A stretch of 45,175 bases of DNA. Source: Chlorokybus atmophyticus. Its lineage: Eukaryota > Plantae > Mesostigma and Chlorokybus algae. The notes below the pieces were generated by a model, which saw nothing but the letters and a program-made list of their open reading frames with translations, searched no databases and was not told the origin of the DNA. The stretch covers positions 60,070-105,244 of the forward strand of contig RHPI01000560.1 in assembly GCA_009103225.1 (NCBI GenBank), written 5' to 3'. Numbering within the stretch: position 1 is the first letter of the stretch; every line of letters starts with the position of its first letter. The translations under genes were made by a program, and so were the position numbers. Shown here one piece after another: positions 1-13,249 of the stretch.

Positions 1-86
<86 letters not shown>
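1..86. repeat. (CT)n microsatellite, tail of intron 3 of gene copy A
   Basis: Pure CT run followed by ...ttgtccAG acceptor at 117-118; the same position holds a CT/GA tract in copies B-E. Confidence 0.95.
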
Positions 87-95
<9 letters not shown>

Positions 96-118
96 GCTGA
101 TCATGTCAACTTGTCCAG

Positions 119-518
119 GGCAAACCGTGCGCGTCCGCTACGACAGCAATGGCGTGCCTGTCACCCACGGCACAAACGAGCACGGCTTAGGCCTCCTCTA
201 TGGCACTGAAGCAGACTATGGTGCGTGCGCACATAGTCACATGTCACACGCACTCACAATCGCAACGAATGTCATCTCGCTCATACGGATGTTGTGCCAT
301 GCGCAGAGGTGGCAGACATCTTCGGCGTGGAGGAGTTCACCGCACGAATGCCAGCCCTGATGGCCCTGGAGGAGGAGGAGGAGAAGGTGGCCATTCCTGG
401 TGGCTATGGCAGCAGCAGCAGCTACCGCCGCAGCCTCATCCAGGGCAAGATCGCCACCAGCAAGGCCAGGCAGCAGGCCAGAATGGGCTACAGCACCATG
501 CGCGCGGGTAAAGAGTAA
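119..518 (+). CDS. Copy A, last two exons (119-220, 307-518) of a secreted VWD/root-cap-like protein; 5' part lies outside the window
   Basis: AG|GG CAA ACC (GQTVRVRYDSNGVPVTHGTNEHGLGLLYGTEADY), donor G|GTGCGT at 221, acceptor GCAG| at 306, last exon EVADIFGVEEF...MRAGKE*. Exon sizes 102 and 212 nt match B exactly. Confidence 0.85.
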
Positions 519-1364
519 CATGCGCGGGTGAGTGTCGCTCCCTCCAATGCAGGAGCCTCCTCCTCAGAGAGGAGCGATGATGGCAATAAGCTCAGCTGCA
601 CTGTTGTGACATCAACAGGAACTGGCGCTGGTAAGATGAAGTCCCATGGTATGTAGTAGTAAACCTCTTCTTGCGTGCACCAAACAGCACCAAATGATAG
701 CAAACTTCGCGCACAGTACGAGGCGCATGCTATGGTAGACGTTGGAGTATGCATGATCGACATACAAAGAGTTGTGGTAGTATATAATGCCACCTACGGT
801 AGGTAGATGTTGTTTTATGAGGAAATGCAAGACAATGCATAAGATAGTAATAATGACGAGCAATGTTATTAATATTCTGTCCATCTCTGGCTCCTACTGT
901 AATGGTACATTGCTGCTGCCAAGTGTTTTTCGGGACGAGGTTTGTAGAACATAAACTGAGCGTTCGGCTTTTGAATGTGCATTATGTTATGGCATACAGA
1001 TGTTCATGGGCAGGTTGTATGTGCGCTTGTCAGCTTCATCAACTACATGCATGTATCCATGAAACTGCTTCATCAGACAAACTCGCCACTTATAAATAGA
1101 TTTGCTACCCAGCACATAAACCCAGGCAATCCACAACAAGCTTACATGTTGCTGTGAAATTGTCTGTAAACTTTGCAGGCAACATTACAGCAATTCATGC
1201 TCAATGAGGTGTAATACACCTCTGTGAGCATGAACATTTCTTCACAAGGTCAACATAAACAAACTGCTGCTGTTGTACAAGTTCCAGCATGATCAACTTG
1301 GAGTCTCATGCAAGTTACACGCTCAGGGTGATCACCTTGAGCGTGTAGCTTCATGGGTGGTATA

Positions 1365-2345
1365 CCACCCACCCAAATTATGGGCTCCCATATGGGACCC
1401 ACCCAGTCGCCCCACTCGCCTTCATGGTACAAGTGCAGCACCTGACGGTCATGGCGGCGGGCAGGAGTCCAGCACAGGGAAGGGAGGGGGACGTTCTCGT
1501 CATTGTAATCATCCTCATCCACCGGTACCCAACACACAAGAAGGACCCCTTGTGTCACCCCCGCCACGCTTGCAATGAGACCCGCACGGCAGTGCCCGCA
1601 TCCACGGCGGTGCCCGCGTCAGCCCTGCTTGGCCATGTATAACGCCTTTGGACACCCGCCATACCGGTGGTATCCGCCGCCGCCATCATGCACTAATCAG
1701 TTGTCATGAAGTGGGTAATAATGAGCCACAAAAAAAAACAAGAACTTGAAATGAGAACCCACCTAAGTCTTTATGGTCGAGTCCGTGAGGCCTTATGTGA
1801 CATCAGTGCACATGCTTATGGTCATGGTCAGGTTGTCTAATCCGTTCAGTGTTGCCTTCTCTGCTGATAAGACCGGAGCCCGAACCCGATCCACACTAGG
1901 GTAAGCCACAATCAACATCGACGACTCAAGAGCCGCGAGGGACTTCTTGACCATAAAGACCTAGGTGGGTTCCAAGTTCAAGTCCTTGGTTTTTTTCGGC
2001 TCTTCATCACCCACTTCGTGACAACTGATCAGTATATGATGGCGGCGGCGGATACCACCGGTATGGCGGGGGTGCTAAGGCGTTATACATGGCCAAACAA
2101 AGCCGAGGCGGGCACCGCCGTGAGTGCGGGTCTCACTGCCAGTGTGGCGGGGGTGACACAAGGGGTCCTTCCTGTGTGCTGGGTACCGGTAGACGAGGAT
2201 GATGACAATGACGAGAACGTCCCCCTCCCTTCCCTGTACTGGACTCCTGCCCGCCACTATGGCCATCAGGTACCGCACTTGTACCATAAAGGCGAGTGGG
2301 GCGACTGGGTGGGTCCCATCTGAGAGCGCATAATCTGAGTGGGTG
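1365..2345. repeat. Inverted repeat with ~400-bp diverged arms (1365-1782 / 1949-2345) and ~165-bp spacer; unidentified repeat or retroelement remnant
   Basis: Opposite-strand ORFs with the same peptides (MVQVQHLTVMAAGRSPAQGREGD vs MVQVRYLMAIVAGRSPVQGREGD). Confidence 0.85.
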
Positions 2346-4092
2346 GTGTTGATCAGCGATGGTGTTCCGCCTCCTCCAGCACGGCGTGAATGGGGTGGGG
2401 GTCCATGCCCTAGGTGGGGTCGCCACCTTCATGCCGAACCCAGGTGTGCTGACATACATTGGTTGACCAATCCTCTCCCAAGGCATAAGAGTGCCCTTGA
2501 TTGGCGCTGGTCAAAGTAGAGGCTGCAGCCTCTAAGAATAGGGTTGCACTAGCAGCTGGTAGTGCAACCCTATTCCTTGATGTGGAACCCTTGCTTTATA
2601 CACAACTGTAGTGTAGATCTTCTAGCTGTAGGCTCAGTGCCATCTTGGATGCACATACGATGCTGCTCATATGTACAGAACAGCTCTTGTTCATATGTGT
2701 ATGTCTCACGCGGGCCTTTTAGTGCTTAGTGTGACATTGTATGACGGTGCTCGTGCCTTGCCACCTGTGAGTTGGTCCAATCAACAACCCTTTCACCAAG
2801 GCACAGTATTCACACCGGAACCTTGCCCCCTCTGCCAAGCACACACACGCGCCCCGCCACTCGCGTACGCACGCGCATGCGCTCGAAGCTACACACCGAC
2901 TTGTGTAGCGCCTTGGATCATCACACAAGCAAGCACACACCAGTGGACACTCGCTAGCACCCCCTGCTAACCACCACCACGCTTGCACACAAGAAACTAG
3001 GGAGCTAAAGGTTGTATTGCAAATTGTAGAATGTCACTTTTATACCTACCAGTCTGCACATGCTGCTGTCTAGACGATTCTAGCGCTAGACGTAAGTAGA
3101 AGCTACGATATTCTTGCATAATCTTGTAGTACACTTCTAGAACTTTCCGACGCACCAAAGATCTCCTCATTTGCTGCTCATATGGTCAAGTTATACTACT
3201 TGGCGCCAGGCCCTTCCAGAAATCTGGTCGAGCCTTTCTCGACTGGCCCTCCGTTTTCTGGCGTCTTCCAGACTGGCCCTGGGCCGGTCGACATCTGCGG
3301 CAGACTCGCAACTCGCCGATATCCGCCACAAGTCATGAAAAACATGGTATCTCACAAATAAGGCCTAGAATGGCCAGAAAACCACGAAATTTGGCCTTGA
3401 CTGTTACACATTGCCTCGTGCATACAGAACTGCTGTATGCAGCGAGCATGCTCCCCTTGTATGGATCAGCTCTCGCTAGTGCGTGTTCCTGACTACATGT
3501 GTCCTCCACCAGCTTGGTCAGGGTGACATTGCATGTGTTGAGTAACCATTGCAACGAGTACTCATGGCATGACAGGGCGCAGAGGGAGAGGGGGGGGGGG
3601 GGGGGGGGGGNAGGAGGAGGAGGAGGAGGAGGACGGCCCCTTGGCAAGCAACATTGCCAAGTTGCCCGAGGAGGAGGAAGGGCAGGAGCAACTTGATGTC
3701 AATGTACTCAACATTGGATTCAATTTGTACCTAATTTCTTCAAACAGACTGCAAGCAACGGTGAATGACATACGACTAAATGACCTTAAACAAAATTGTA
3801 GTGTTTCTGTGTGTGTCCTTTATACCAACTCTCTGAGCATTGGTGCCGATCGCGTTAAGAGAATGCACTCGTTGCGTGTGTGGCCGCCAGGCCAACTCTG
3901 ATATGTGCCAAAGCACCGGTGCCACATCAGCAGCATGATTGCAACGAGTGGAGGGTGACAGTGTGCATGGGTGCGACGTTATCGGTTGATATGCAAATGC
4001 GTACATCACCTTGAGCGTGAAACTCCAAGTTTATCCATGCCAGAACTTGTACAACAGCAGCGGTTGGTGTAGTGAAGTTGACCTTGTGAAGT

Positions 4093-4162
4093 AATGTTCT
4101 TGCACACAGAGGTGTACTACACCTCACACACGGTGTAGTACACCTCTGTGAGCAAGAACATT
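4093..4162. repeat. 31-bp-stem hairpin (one mismatch, 8-nt loop)
   Basis: AATGTTCTTGCACACAGAGGTGTACTACACC / GGTGTAGTACACCTCTGTGAGCAAGAACATT. Confidence 0.9.
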
Positions 4163-4881
4163 GCTCATAGATGCATGAATTGCTGAGATGTTGCCTGCAG
4201 AGTTTACAGGCAATTTCACAGCAACATGCAAGCTTGTTGTGGATTGCCTCTGCTAGTTTATCTGATGGATACCAAACGTATTTACAAGTGGCGAGTTTAC
4301 CTGATGAAGCAGTCTCATGGACATATGCATGTAGTTAATGAAGCTGATATGCGCATATGGCGACATGCCCATGAACATCTATATGCCATAACACAATGCA
4401 CATACAAAAGACAAATGCTCAAACTATGTCCTACAATCCTCGTCTCGAAAAACACTTGGCAGCAACAACGTACAAGTATAACGGCCAGAGATAGACGCAA
4501 AATATTAATAACATTACCCGTCATTACTGCTATCTTGTTCACTGTCTTGCATTTCCTCCTACACCGACAACCTATCTCCCGTAGGTGGCATTGTATATTA
4601 CCACAACTCTTTGTATGTCGATTATGCATACTCCAACGTCTACCATAGCATGCGCCTCGTACTGTGCGCAAAGTTTGCTATTGTTTGGTGCTGTTTGGTG
4701 CACGCAAGAAGAAGTTTACTACTACTAGATACCATGGGACTTCATCTTACCAGCGCCAGTTCCTGTTGATGTCACAACAGTGCAGCTGAGTGTGTTGCCA
4801 TCATCGCTCCGCTCTGAGGAGGGCGCTCCGCTCTGAGGAGGAGGCTCCTGCATTGGAGGGAGCGACACTCACCCGCGCATG

Positions 4882-5300
4882 TTACTCCTTATCCGCGCGC
4901 ATGGTGCTGTAGCCCACTCTGGTCTGCTGCCTGGCCTTGCTGGTGGCGGTCTTGCCCTGGATGAGGCTGCGGCGGTAGCTGCTGCTGCTGCCATAGCCAC
5001 CAGGAATGGCCACCTTCTCCTCCTCCTCCTCCAGGGCCATCAGGGCTGGCATTCGTGCGGTGAACTCCTCCACGCCGAAGATGTCTGCCACCTCTGCGCA
5101 TGGCACAACATCCGTATGAGCGAGATGACATTCGTTGCGATTGTGAGTGCGTGTGACATGTGACTATGTGCGCACCATAGTCTGCTTCAGTGCCATAGAG
5201 GAGGCCTAAGCCGTGCTCGTTTGTGCCGTGGGTGACAGGCACGCCATTGCTGTCGTAGCGGACGCGCACGGTTTGCCCTGGACAAGTTGACATGATCAGC

Positions 5301-5331
<31 letters not shown>

Positions 5332-6654
5332 NNNNNNNNNNNNNNNNNNNNNNNNNNNNNNNNNNNNNNNNNNNNNNNNNNNNNNNNNNNNNNNNNNNNN
5401 NNNNNNNNNNNNNNNNNNNNNNNNNNNNNNNNNNNNNNNNNNNNNNNNNNNNNNNNNNNNNNNNNNNNNNNNNNNNNNNNNNNNNNNNNNNNNNNNNNNN
5501 NNNNNNNNNNNNNNNNNNNNNNNNNNNNNNNNNNNNNNNNNNNNNNNNNNNNNNNNNNNNNNNNNNNNNNNNNNNNNNNNNNNNNNNNNNNNNNNNNNNN
5601 NNNNNNNNNNNNNNNNNNNNNNNNNNNNNNNNNNNNNNNNNNNNNNNNNNNNNNNNNNNNNNNNNNNNNNNNNNNNNNNNNNNNNNNNNNNNNNNNNNNN
5701 NNNNNNNNNNNNNNNNNNNNNNNNNNNNNNNNNNNNNNNNNNNNNNNNNNNNNNNNNNNNNNNNNNNNNNNNNNNNNNNNNNNNNNNNNNNNNNNNNNNN
5801 NNNNNNNNNNNNNNNNNNNNNNNNNNNNNNNNNNNNNNNNNNNNNNNNNNNNNNNNNNNNNNNNNNNNNNNNNNNNNNNNNNNNNNNNNNNNNNNNNNNN
5901 NNNNNNNNNNNNNNNNNNNNNNNNNNNNNNNNNNNNNNNNNNNNNNNNNNNNNNNNNNNNNNNNNNNNNNNNNNNNNNNNNNNNNNNNNNNNNNNNNNNN
6001 NNNNNNNNNNNNNNNNNNNNNNNNNNNNNNNNNNNNNNNNNNNNNNNNNNNNNNNNNNNNNNNNNNNNNNNNNNNNNNNNNNNNNNNNNNNNNNNNNNNN
6101 NNNNNNNNNNNNNNNNNNNNNNNNNNNNNNNNNNNNNNNGCATAGTTGCGCCCCTTGCCCTCCTCCGTTCTGCCCTCACCCTGTTCACCGTCCCAAGTCA
6201 GTGCACACAACAACAACGACAACAATACCAACAACAACAACGACGACAACGACAACGTCTGCAGACATGCCTGGAAGTTGAACTTCTGGGAGTTGAAGCC
6301 GGTGAAGTGCGGGTCCTGGCACCCGGAGGCGTCCGCCAGCATACAGGAGCAACTGCAATCACAGTCGAAGTGATCTATGCAAATCCCCGTCGGGACGCCG
6401 TCCGCGTATCTGTCAGTCTCGCAGGAAATGCTGCAGAAGCCGTTGCACTCTTCGCTGTTGGGGCAGCTGACTGTACTGCAGGTGGCGGTGCCATACGGCA
6501 CGCACACTCCCGGTCCCAGTAAGAAGTTGCACCCCGCACCGTCAATATTCGCTGCGCACTCCGCTGCAGTGGCCGGGATATGTAGCAAGAGCAATGCCGC
6601 CGCGACTGCCGCCAGCGACAACAAGAGAGTTCTCCCTACCATGACTCGCGCCAT
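4882..6654 (-). CDS. Copy B: secreted Cys-rich + VWD/root-cap-like protein. Exons 6654-6271, 6180-(gap), (gap), 5277-5176, 5093-4882
   Basis: Signal peptide MARVMVGRTLLLSLAAVAAALLLLHIPATAA; 13-Cys module; GCQDPHFTGFNSQKFNFQ|GEG...RNY; GC-AG intron 1 with CTGAC branch point. Most of exon 2 and all of exon 3 fall in the N gap, whose size fits copy D's span. Confidence 0.8.
5332..6139. other. Assembly gap (808 N) next to a (GA)n tract
   Basis: N run. Confidence 1.
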
Positions 6655-8334
6655 GCTGACGTGCCTTGGCTGCTACCCAACAGAAATGCACGCACAATGC
6701 TTTCTCTGCTGTGCATGCACCTGTCTTGAGTATATATAGTAGCGGCAGCCACAACGCAATGCGACAGCGACCCCAAGCAAGGCTCAGCAGTGCGTGGGCT
6801 TGAACCGGTCCCTTGCCGCACGTGCGGGTGGTACAGCTCGGGCAAGCCGCCGCACGTGCATCACACACACTGGCCCGAATACACCGCTTTGAGCTTGACA
6901 CAGCAGGGGTGGTGCATGCCAAACACACGCCTTTCCAATAGTAACTCGTTGATTACCTACCAGTTGCTCAGCCATTCATCCGACCGGACTCTCAAACCCC
7001 ACACATACTCGTGATAGAGAAGCCTCTGCTGCCTGTGAGTAATTGCTTTGCTTTTGCTGTGTTGCGTACGTACAACATTGCATGCCACGGAGAGCGTCCA
7101 GCACTACGAAAGCGTTTAACGTAATAATAAGCGAAACCCCTCCGCGTGTCTCTGCTTCCTTTGTTCCCTTGCATGCCACGGACAGCGCCCTTGCCCATGC
7201 ATGTAGGGCCTGCCACGCTAGGCCTACATTGCGGGCGCATGTTCTTGGCCGCTTGCGGCACACAACCAAAGACTCCTTCCCTTGACCCTGTGCACATGCA
7301 CACACGTTGCGCTCTCGCTGGCTGGCTGGCTGGCTCACGGCAGTGCAAGCAGCGTAAGCAACGGGTTTCCACATGCGCCGCACCCCGAGGGGAAAGACAC
7401 ACAGAGGAAGAGGAGTTTGGTTCTGCGACGCACGTGTGCGCGCAGGCCCGGTACCGTTCTTGGGCAAGCCGCAGGACGCACGTTACGTGTCTTGAAGACA
7501 CCTATCGTGTAATACAGGTTGTGGAAGCCTGAACCACTACGCATATGCGTCGTAAGTTACTTATGGCTACTAACCCGGCGACGGCGCAGCCAGGGACGAG
7601 AGTCCGGTCTCTTCTTGCTGCGCGTGCGGTGGTACATGTTGGGCAAGCCGCCACAAGCATCACAAACCAACCAGCGTGCCGCTAGGGGCATTAGGCCTTT
7701 GTGTTGGCTTTCAGCGTCGGTTTGCTACCGTCCAGTCCTTGTTGTTATGTGCGATAGAGCGCCGTGCCCCGCGTGGCCAATGCACGAGTGGGGCCCCACT
7801 GGCCCATGCCGTGCGTATGGCCACGCGGGTAAAGTGGGCAGGGCGCTCCCCAGCAGACGCCAAGCCTGCAAGTGCCAGCTTTTACACAACTCTTAAAGCC
7901 CTAAGAAGACAGAGGCCCATGCATGGAGTAATGGCGTGGGGTCATGGGCAGCTGATGGGCAGACAACTTGTTGGCAAATACCAGTTGGGGGTGTCATTGA
8001 CAATGACTTGTTGCGCTAGCTGTGACGGTGAAGCGGCAGTCACGCAAGGTGATGCTGCCCGCATGCCGCGCTGTCAACTATGGCCCACCAGCAACCGTTG
8101 TGCAAGTGGTACAACAGCTGCTGAATGAGACTGTACACGTGATGCGTCGGCTTGCCCAAGAAGTACGACCTGCCATGTGCTGGAGAATCCAGCCGACTGC
8201 CGATCTCAGCCAACTCCTACTACTTGCTGCCGCTAGCTCCTCTAGTGTCTTCTGTCTCCGCCTGCGGCCCATAAACATGAAAGAGAGAGAGAGAGACAGA
8301 GAGAGACAGAGAGAGAGGATGGGAAGGGGCGCCG
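6655..8334. promoter_or_regulatory. Putative bidirectional promoter between head-to-head copies B and C; TATATATA at 6731-6738; repeated GGTAC-N-GGGCAAGCCGC motif
   Basis: Divergent ATGs at 6654 (-) and 8335/8353 (+); motif at ~6830, ~7450 and ~7630. Function is inferred from position only. Confidence 0.45.
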
Positions 8335-10207
<1,873 letters not shown>

Positions 10208-10498
10208 CATGCGCACGTGTGTGTGCCTCCTTGCTACTGAGTATCACTCCTCTACAGTCCTATTGTGACATCAACTGGGCTGGACTAAGTGACAACAGCA
10301 AATGAGGCGCATGCTAGTATGCTAGTATGCATTGGGTTGAAAAGTATGCAACTTCAACGTACACAGTCTTTGCACTCTCGAAATAGGGCACCTGCGGTAG
10401 GTATACCTACGAAGGGTCGTAGCCTTAGCCTGCAGTGTGGTTGGTTTAGGAGGATATGCAAGACAGTGCGCGTAAGATAGCGCCAGTGACAACATGGT

Positions 10499-13248
10499 CA
10501 CTTTCTTAGGGCTGAGCTCCCTTTCGGAATTAAAACTATTGTCCATCACATTTGGAACAGTTGCTGCTGTGCTAAACTCAGGCTGTTGTTGATCATCATC
10601 AGTGCCTTTACCATCGGAAGAATCGCTGTCACTGATCTTCTGCAGCTGCCGTGCTCCCACGACTTCATGGAATATAACTTCTCTGCTGATTCCAATCTTC
10701 TGAGTATTCTCCAGCAGCACCCTAGAAGCCTTGGAGTCAGGCTCATAGCCAAGGAAGACACCTTTCTTGCTGACCGGGTCCGGCTTCTTCCTTTGCTGCT
10801 TGGGTGTCAACACATATGTAGTGCAGCTAAACACTCGCATGTTGCTTACGTCTGCAGCCTTCACAAAGAACAGCTCCCAAGGAGTCTTTCCTTAAGCATG
10901 CACTAACAATCCATTCCTGATATAGTTGGCTGTCAAAACCGCTTGTGCCCACCAGCAATACTCCATCTTTGCATCACTCAGCATAGCACGAACTCTCTCC
11001 ATCAAGGTCAGATTCAGCCTCTTTGCTGCACCATTCTGCTGCGGAACGAGGCTCTTATTTGATGCACAATGCTTCGTGAACACAAAAATGCAGACAGCTC
11101 TGTGTTCAGGTACTCCCCTCCTCTGTCACTTGTGACTGACTTCACATATTTGCCAGACACATTCTTCAACCACAGTACCACCTCTTCACCACAGCTGGGA
11201 CATCTGACTTCAGCTTCACAGGACGCATCGATGACAGCTTGGAGAATTCATCAAGGAAGGTGGCAATGTACGATGCTCCCCCCTTTTATGGCTCTGGTAA
11301 CGGACCACACACATCTGTGTGCACCAACTATCCAATGTGCTCGCTGACGCTCTTTGGCAACCTTTTTTTCTGAAAAGGTTGCCTATGCATCTTGGACAGC
11401 ACGTATGGCCCATACAACGCACCTCTAAACTGCTTGATCTGCGCCTTGCTCACATCAATGCCTCCGACCAGATCTTCACCCACCAGACGATGAAGGTTGT
11501 CAAACTCAAGATGTCCAAACCTTCGATGCCAAAGTTCAGCTGACTCAGCAACTGTCGCCATCAGTGCCTTGTCAGTGTCAGCTTCTTCTATTAGATAGAG
11601 CCCGTCCTGCTGTTCTCTTGCGATGAGGCAAACCTTGCCATCAACCTTGAGACAGACCTCTGCTCTTTTTCCTGACAAATCAGCTTCAGCCTTCAACGCA
11701 ACCTTCATGGAGAAGAGGCTAGCCTGTGCACGTGGGACATGAAGTACCTTCTTCAGCTCCACCCTGTACACCTTCTCCCACCTTACATTCAAGCACCTCC
11801 TGGCCTGTACCTGCTACCTCCAAGCTCCCTCCCAACACCTCCACAGGGCGGGGACTTGTCTGAACCTCAAAGTTCTGTAGCAGCCTAGCATCGGGAGTAA
11901 GTTGCTGTGTACGACTGAGTCGAACACCCACCCAAAAATCTGTCTTCCTGTGGATGCTGTGAAGGCAACTGCTCCACCCACTCCTCTCTGTTCACCCTAT
12001 GAATTGCCCTTTGCTGACTTTAGCTGCTAACAATCACTCTTTTTGTGCCCAACTTAGTCGCAATGGAAGCACTTTCCCTTGAAAGGCTTCTTCTGCTTCT
12101 TCTGATCTCCACTCCTGCTGCCATTGTTGTTGTTGCTTGTACCAGCTCCTTCAGATTACTGCGCTCAAGCAGCAAACGCACCGGACTTTCCATCAGCCTC
12201 GTTGTTCTTGATTCTTGATTTTGCCTTCAACAGGATTGGCAAAATATCTTTGAGGGACAAATTCTAATTGGTACTGATACCCTCCAACATGATCACAATA
12301 ATCTCAAACTCTTGTGGCAACCCAGACAACACATTCAAGCACAAATCATCCTCTGAGACTGAATCCCCTATAGAGGTCAAACCATTTCTGAGCTTCTGTG
12401 CACGTCCCAAATACTCTGTAACTGTTCTACTAGCAAGCGTCCTCATGTTGTTGAACGCTTGCTTGAGCTTAATTTTACGACCAACAGAGCGTGTAGAGAA
12501 AATATTTTTTAAAGCTCCCCATGCATGCTTGGCATCAGATTGCAACGCAGTGGCCTATGAAATGGCTCAACGTGCATACTCATCAAAATCAACGCATGCA
12601 AACTGCTTTGCCTTCATGAAGACTCGTAACCAATTGGCGCACTCCCCTTTGGGTAAACGTAGTCCCACAGCTCTTTGTAGATGAGCTTCATCTTTATCTC
12701 AAAGCTCTATCTGGCGTAGTTGTCATCTCTCAAAAGTTTAATGGAGAACATCTCCTTCTCTAATTCAGTGGTTGCTACCATGTTGTCTCATATTGGCTGA
12801 GCTTCACAGGTAAATCCCACAATCCTCCTGCTTGTTCGCCATACCTCTCAGAGTCTCAGCTAACAGCTTCAACAACCTCACACACGTAGATGTGGGCCCA
12901 TAACTAGTGGCTAGAGATGTTGCATGCAACCATGCACAACAAGCATACACAGCACAGTGGTAAAAGCAGAGCTACACCGCCAACGAAGTGACCAGAGAAG
13001 TGAACTAACTTAATAATTCGCGACCTGTCGGCTCTGGGCCCTCAGTTTGGGTCCTACCAAGGACCGGACCAGACTGTACCAGTCCTAACTACCTGCAGCC
13101 TATACATACAACTGCTGTCTATGAGTAGCTTATCAAGTACCAACTTAATAAGCTACAATAGGGCTAGCTAAGCTGACGGGACAATAGCACAAAAGTGTCA
13201 TATGCTATATATGTAGAGAACACTACATAACATGCTATATTCTCCACA
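10499..13248 (-). mobile_element. Copia element 1 (LTR family X): 5' LTR ~12905-13248, PBS, degenerate gag, protease, GAG-pre-integrase and integrase; RT/RNaseH half deleted
   Basis: Integrase peptides PQQNGAAKRLNLTLMERVRAML, GVFLGYEPDSKASRV and LWHRRFGHL; PBS-like AGTTATGGGCCCA; LTR shared with 16090 and 28175. Confidence 0.9.
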
Positions 13249-13249
13249 A

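Larger units (their letters stand above)
1..1947. repeat. Segmental duplication: inverted copy of 34046-36039; 1-~1330 is also an inverted copy of ~4005-5331
   Basis: Near-identical ORF-track translations on opposite strands (612-884/35091-35363; 1424-1642/34243-34557; 237-521/4879-5163), plus base-level comparison of the ends. Confidence 0.9.

Noticed and set aside
612-884. Hydrophobic ORF MDRILITLLVII..., repeated at 35091-35363
   Set aside because: Conserved only because the flank was recently duplicated; the frame is not kept in the B, C or E flanks.
2581-3210. TG...CA segment as a solo LTR and TGGCGCCA (3201) as a PBS
   Set aside because: No TSD, no second copy in the window, and the 8-mer is a simple palindrome.
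3690-3800. Minus-strand SFSRMSFTVACSLFEEIRYKL, reminiscent of a PIF/Harbinger transposase N-terminus
   Set aside because: Too short, flanked by stops, and no DDE motifs or TIRs found.
5187-6281. Long ORF-track entries of 300-460 aa (also 37720-39214 and 8803-10207)
   Set aside because: They run through N gaps or (CT/GA)n tracts (ERERER/SLSLSL); artefacts, not genes.
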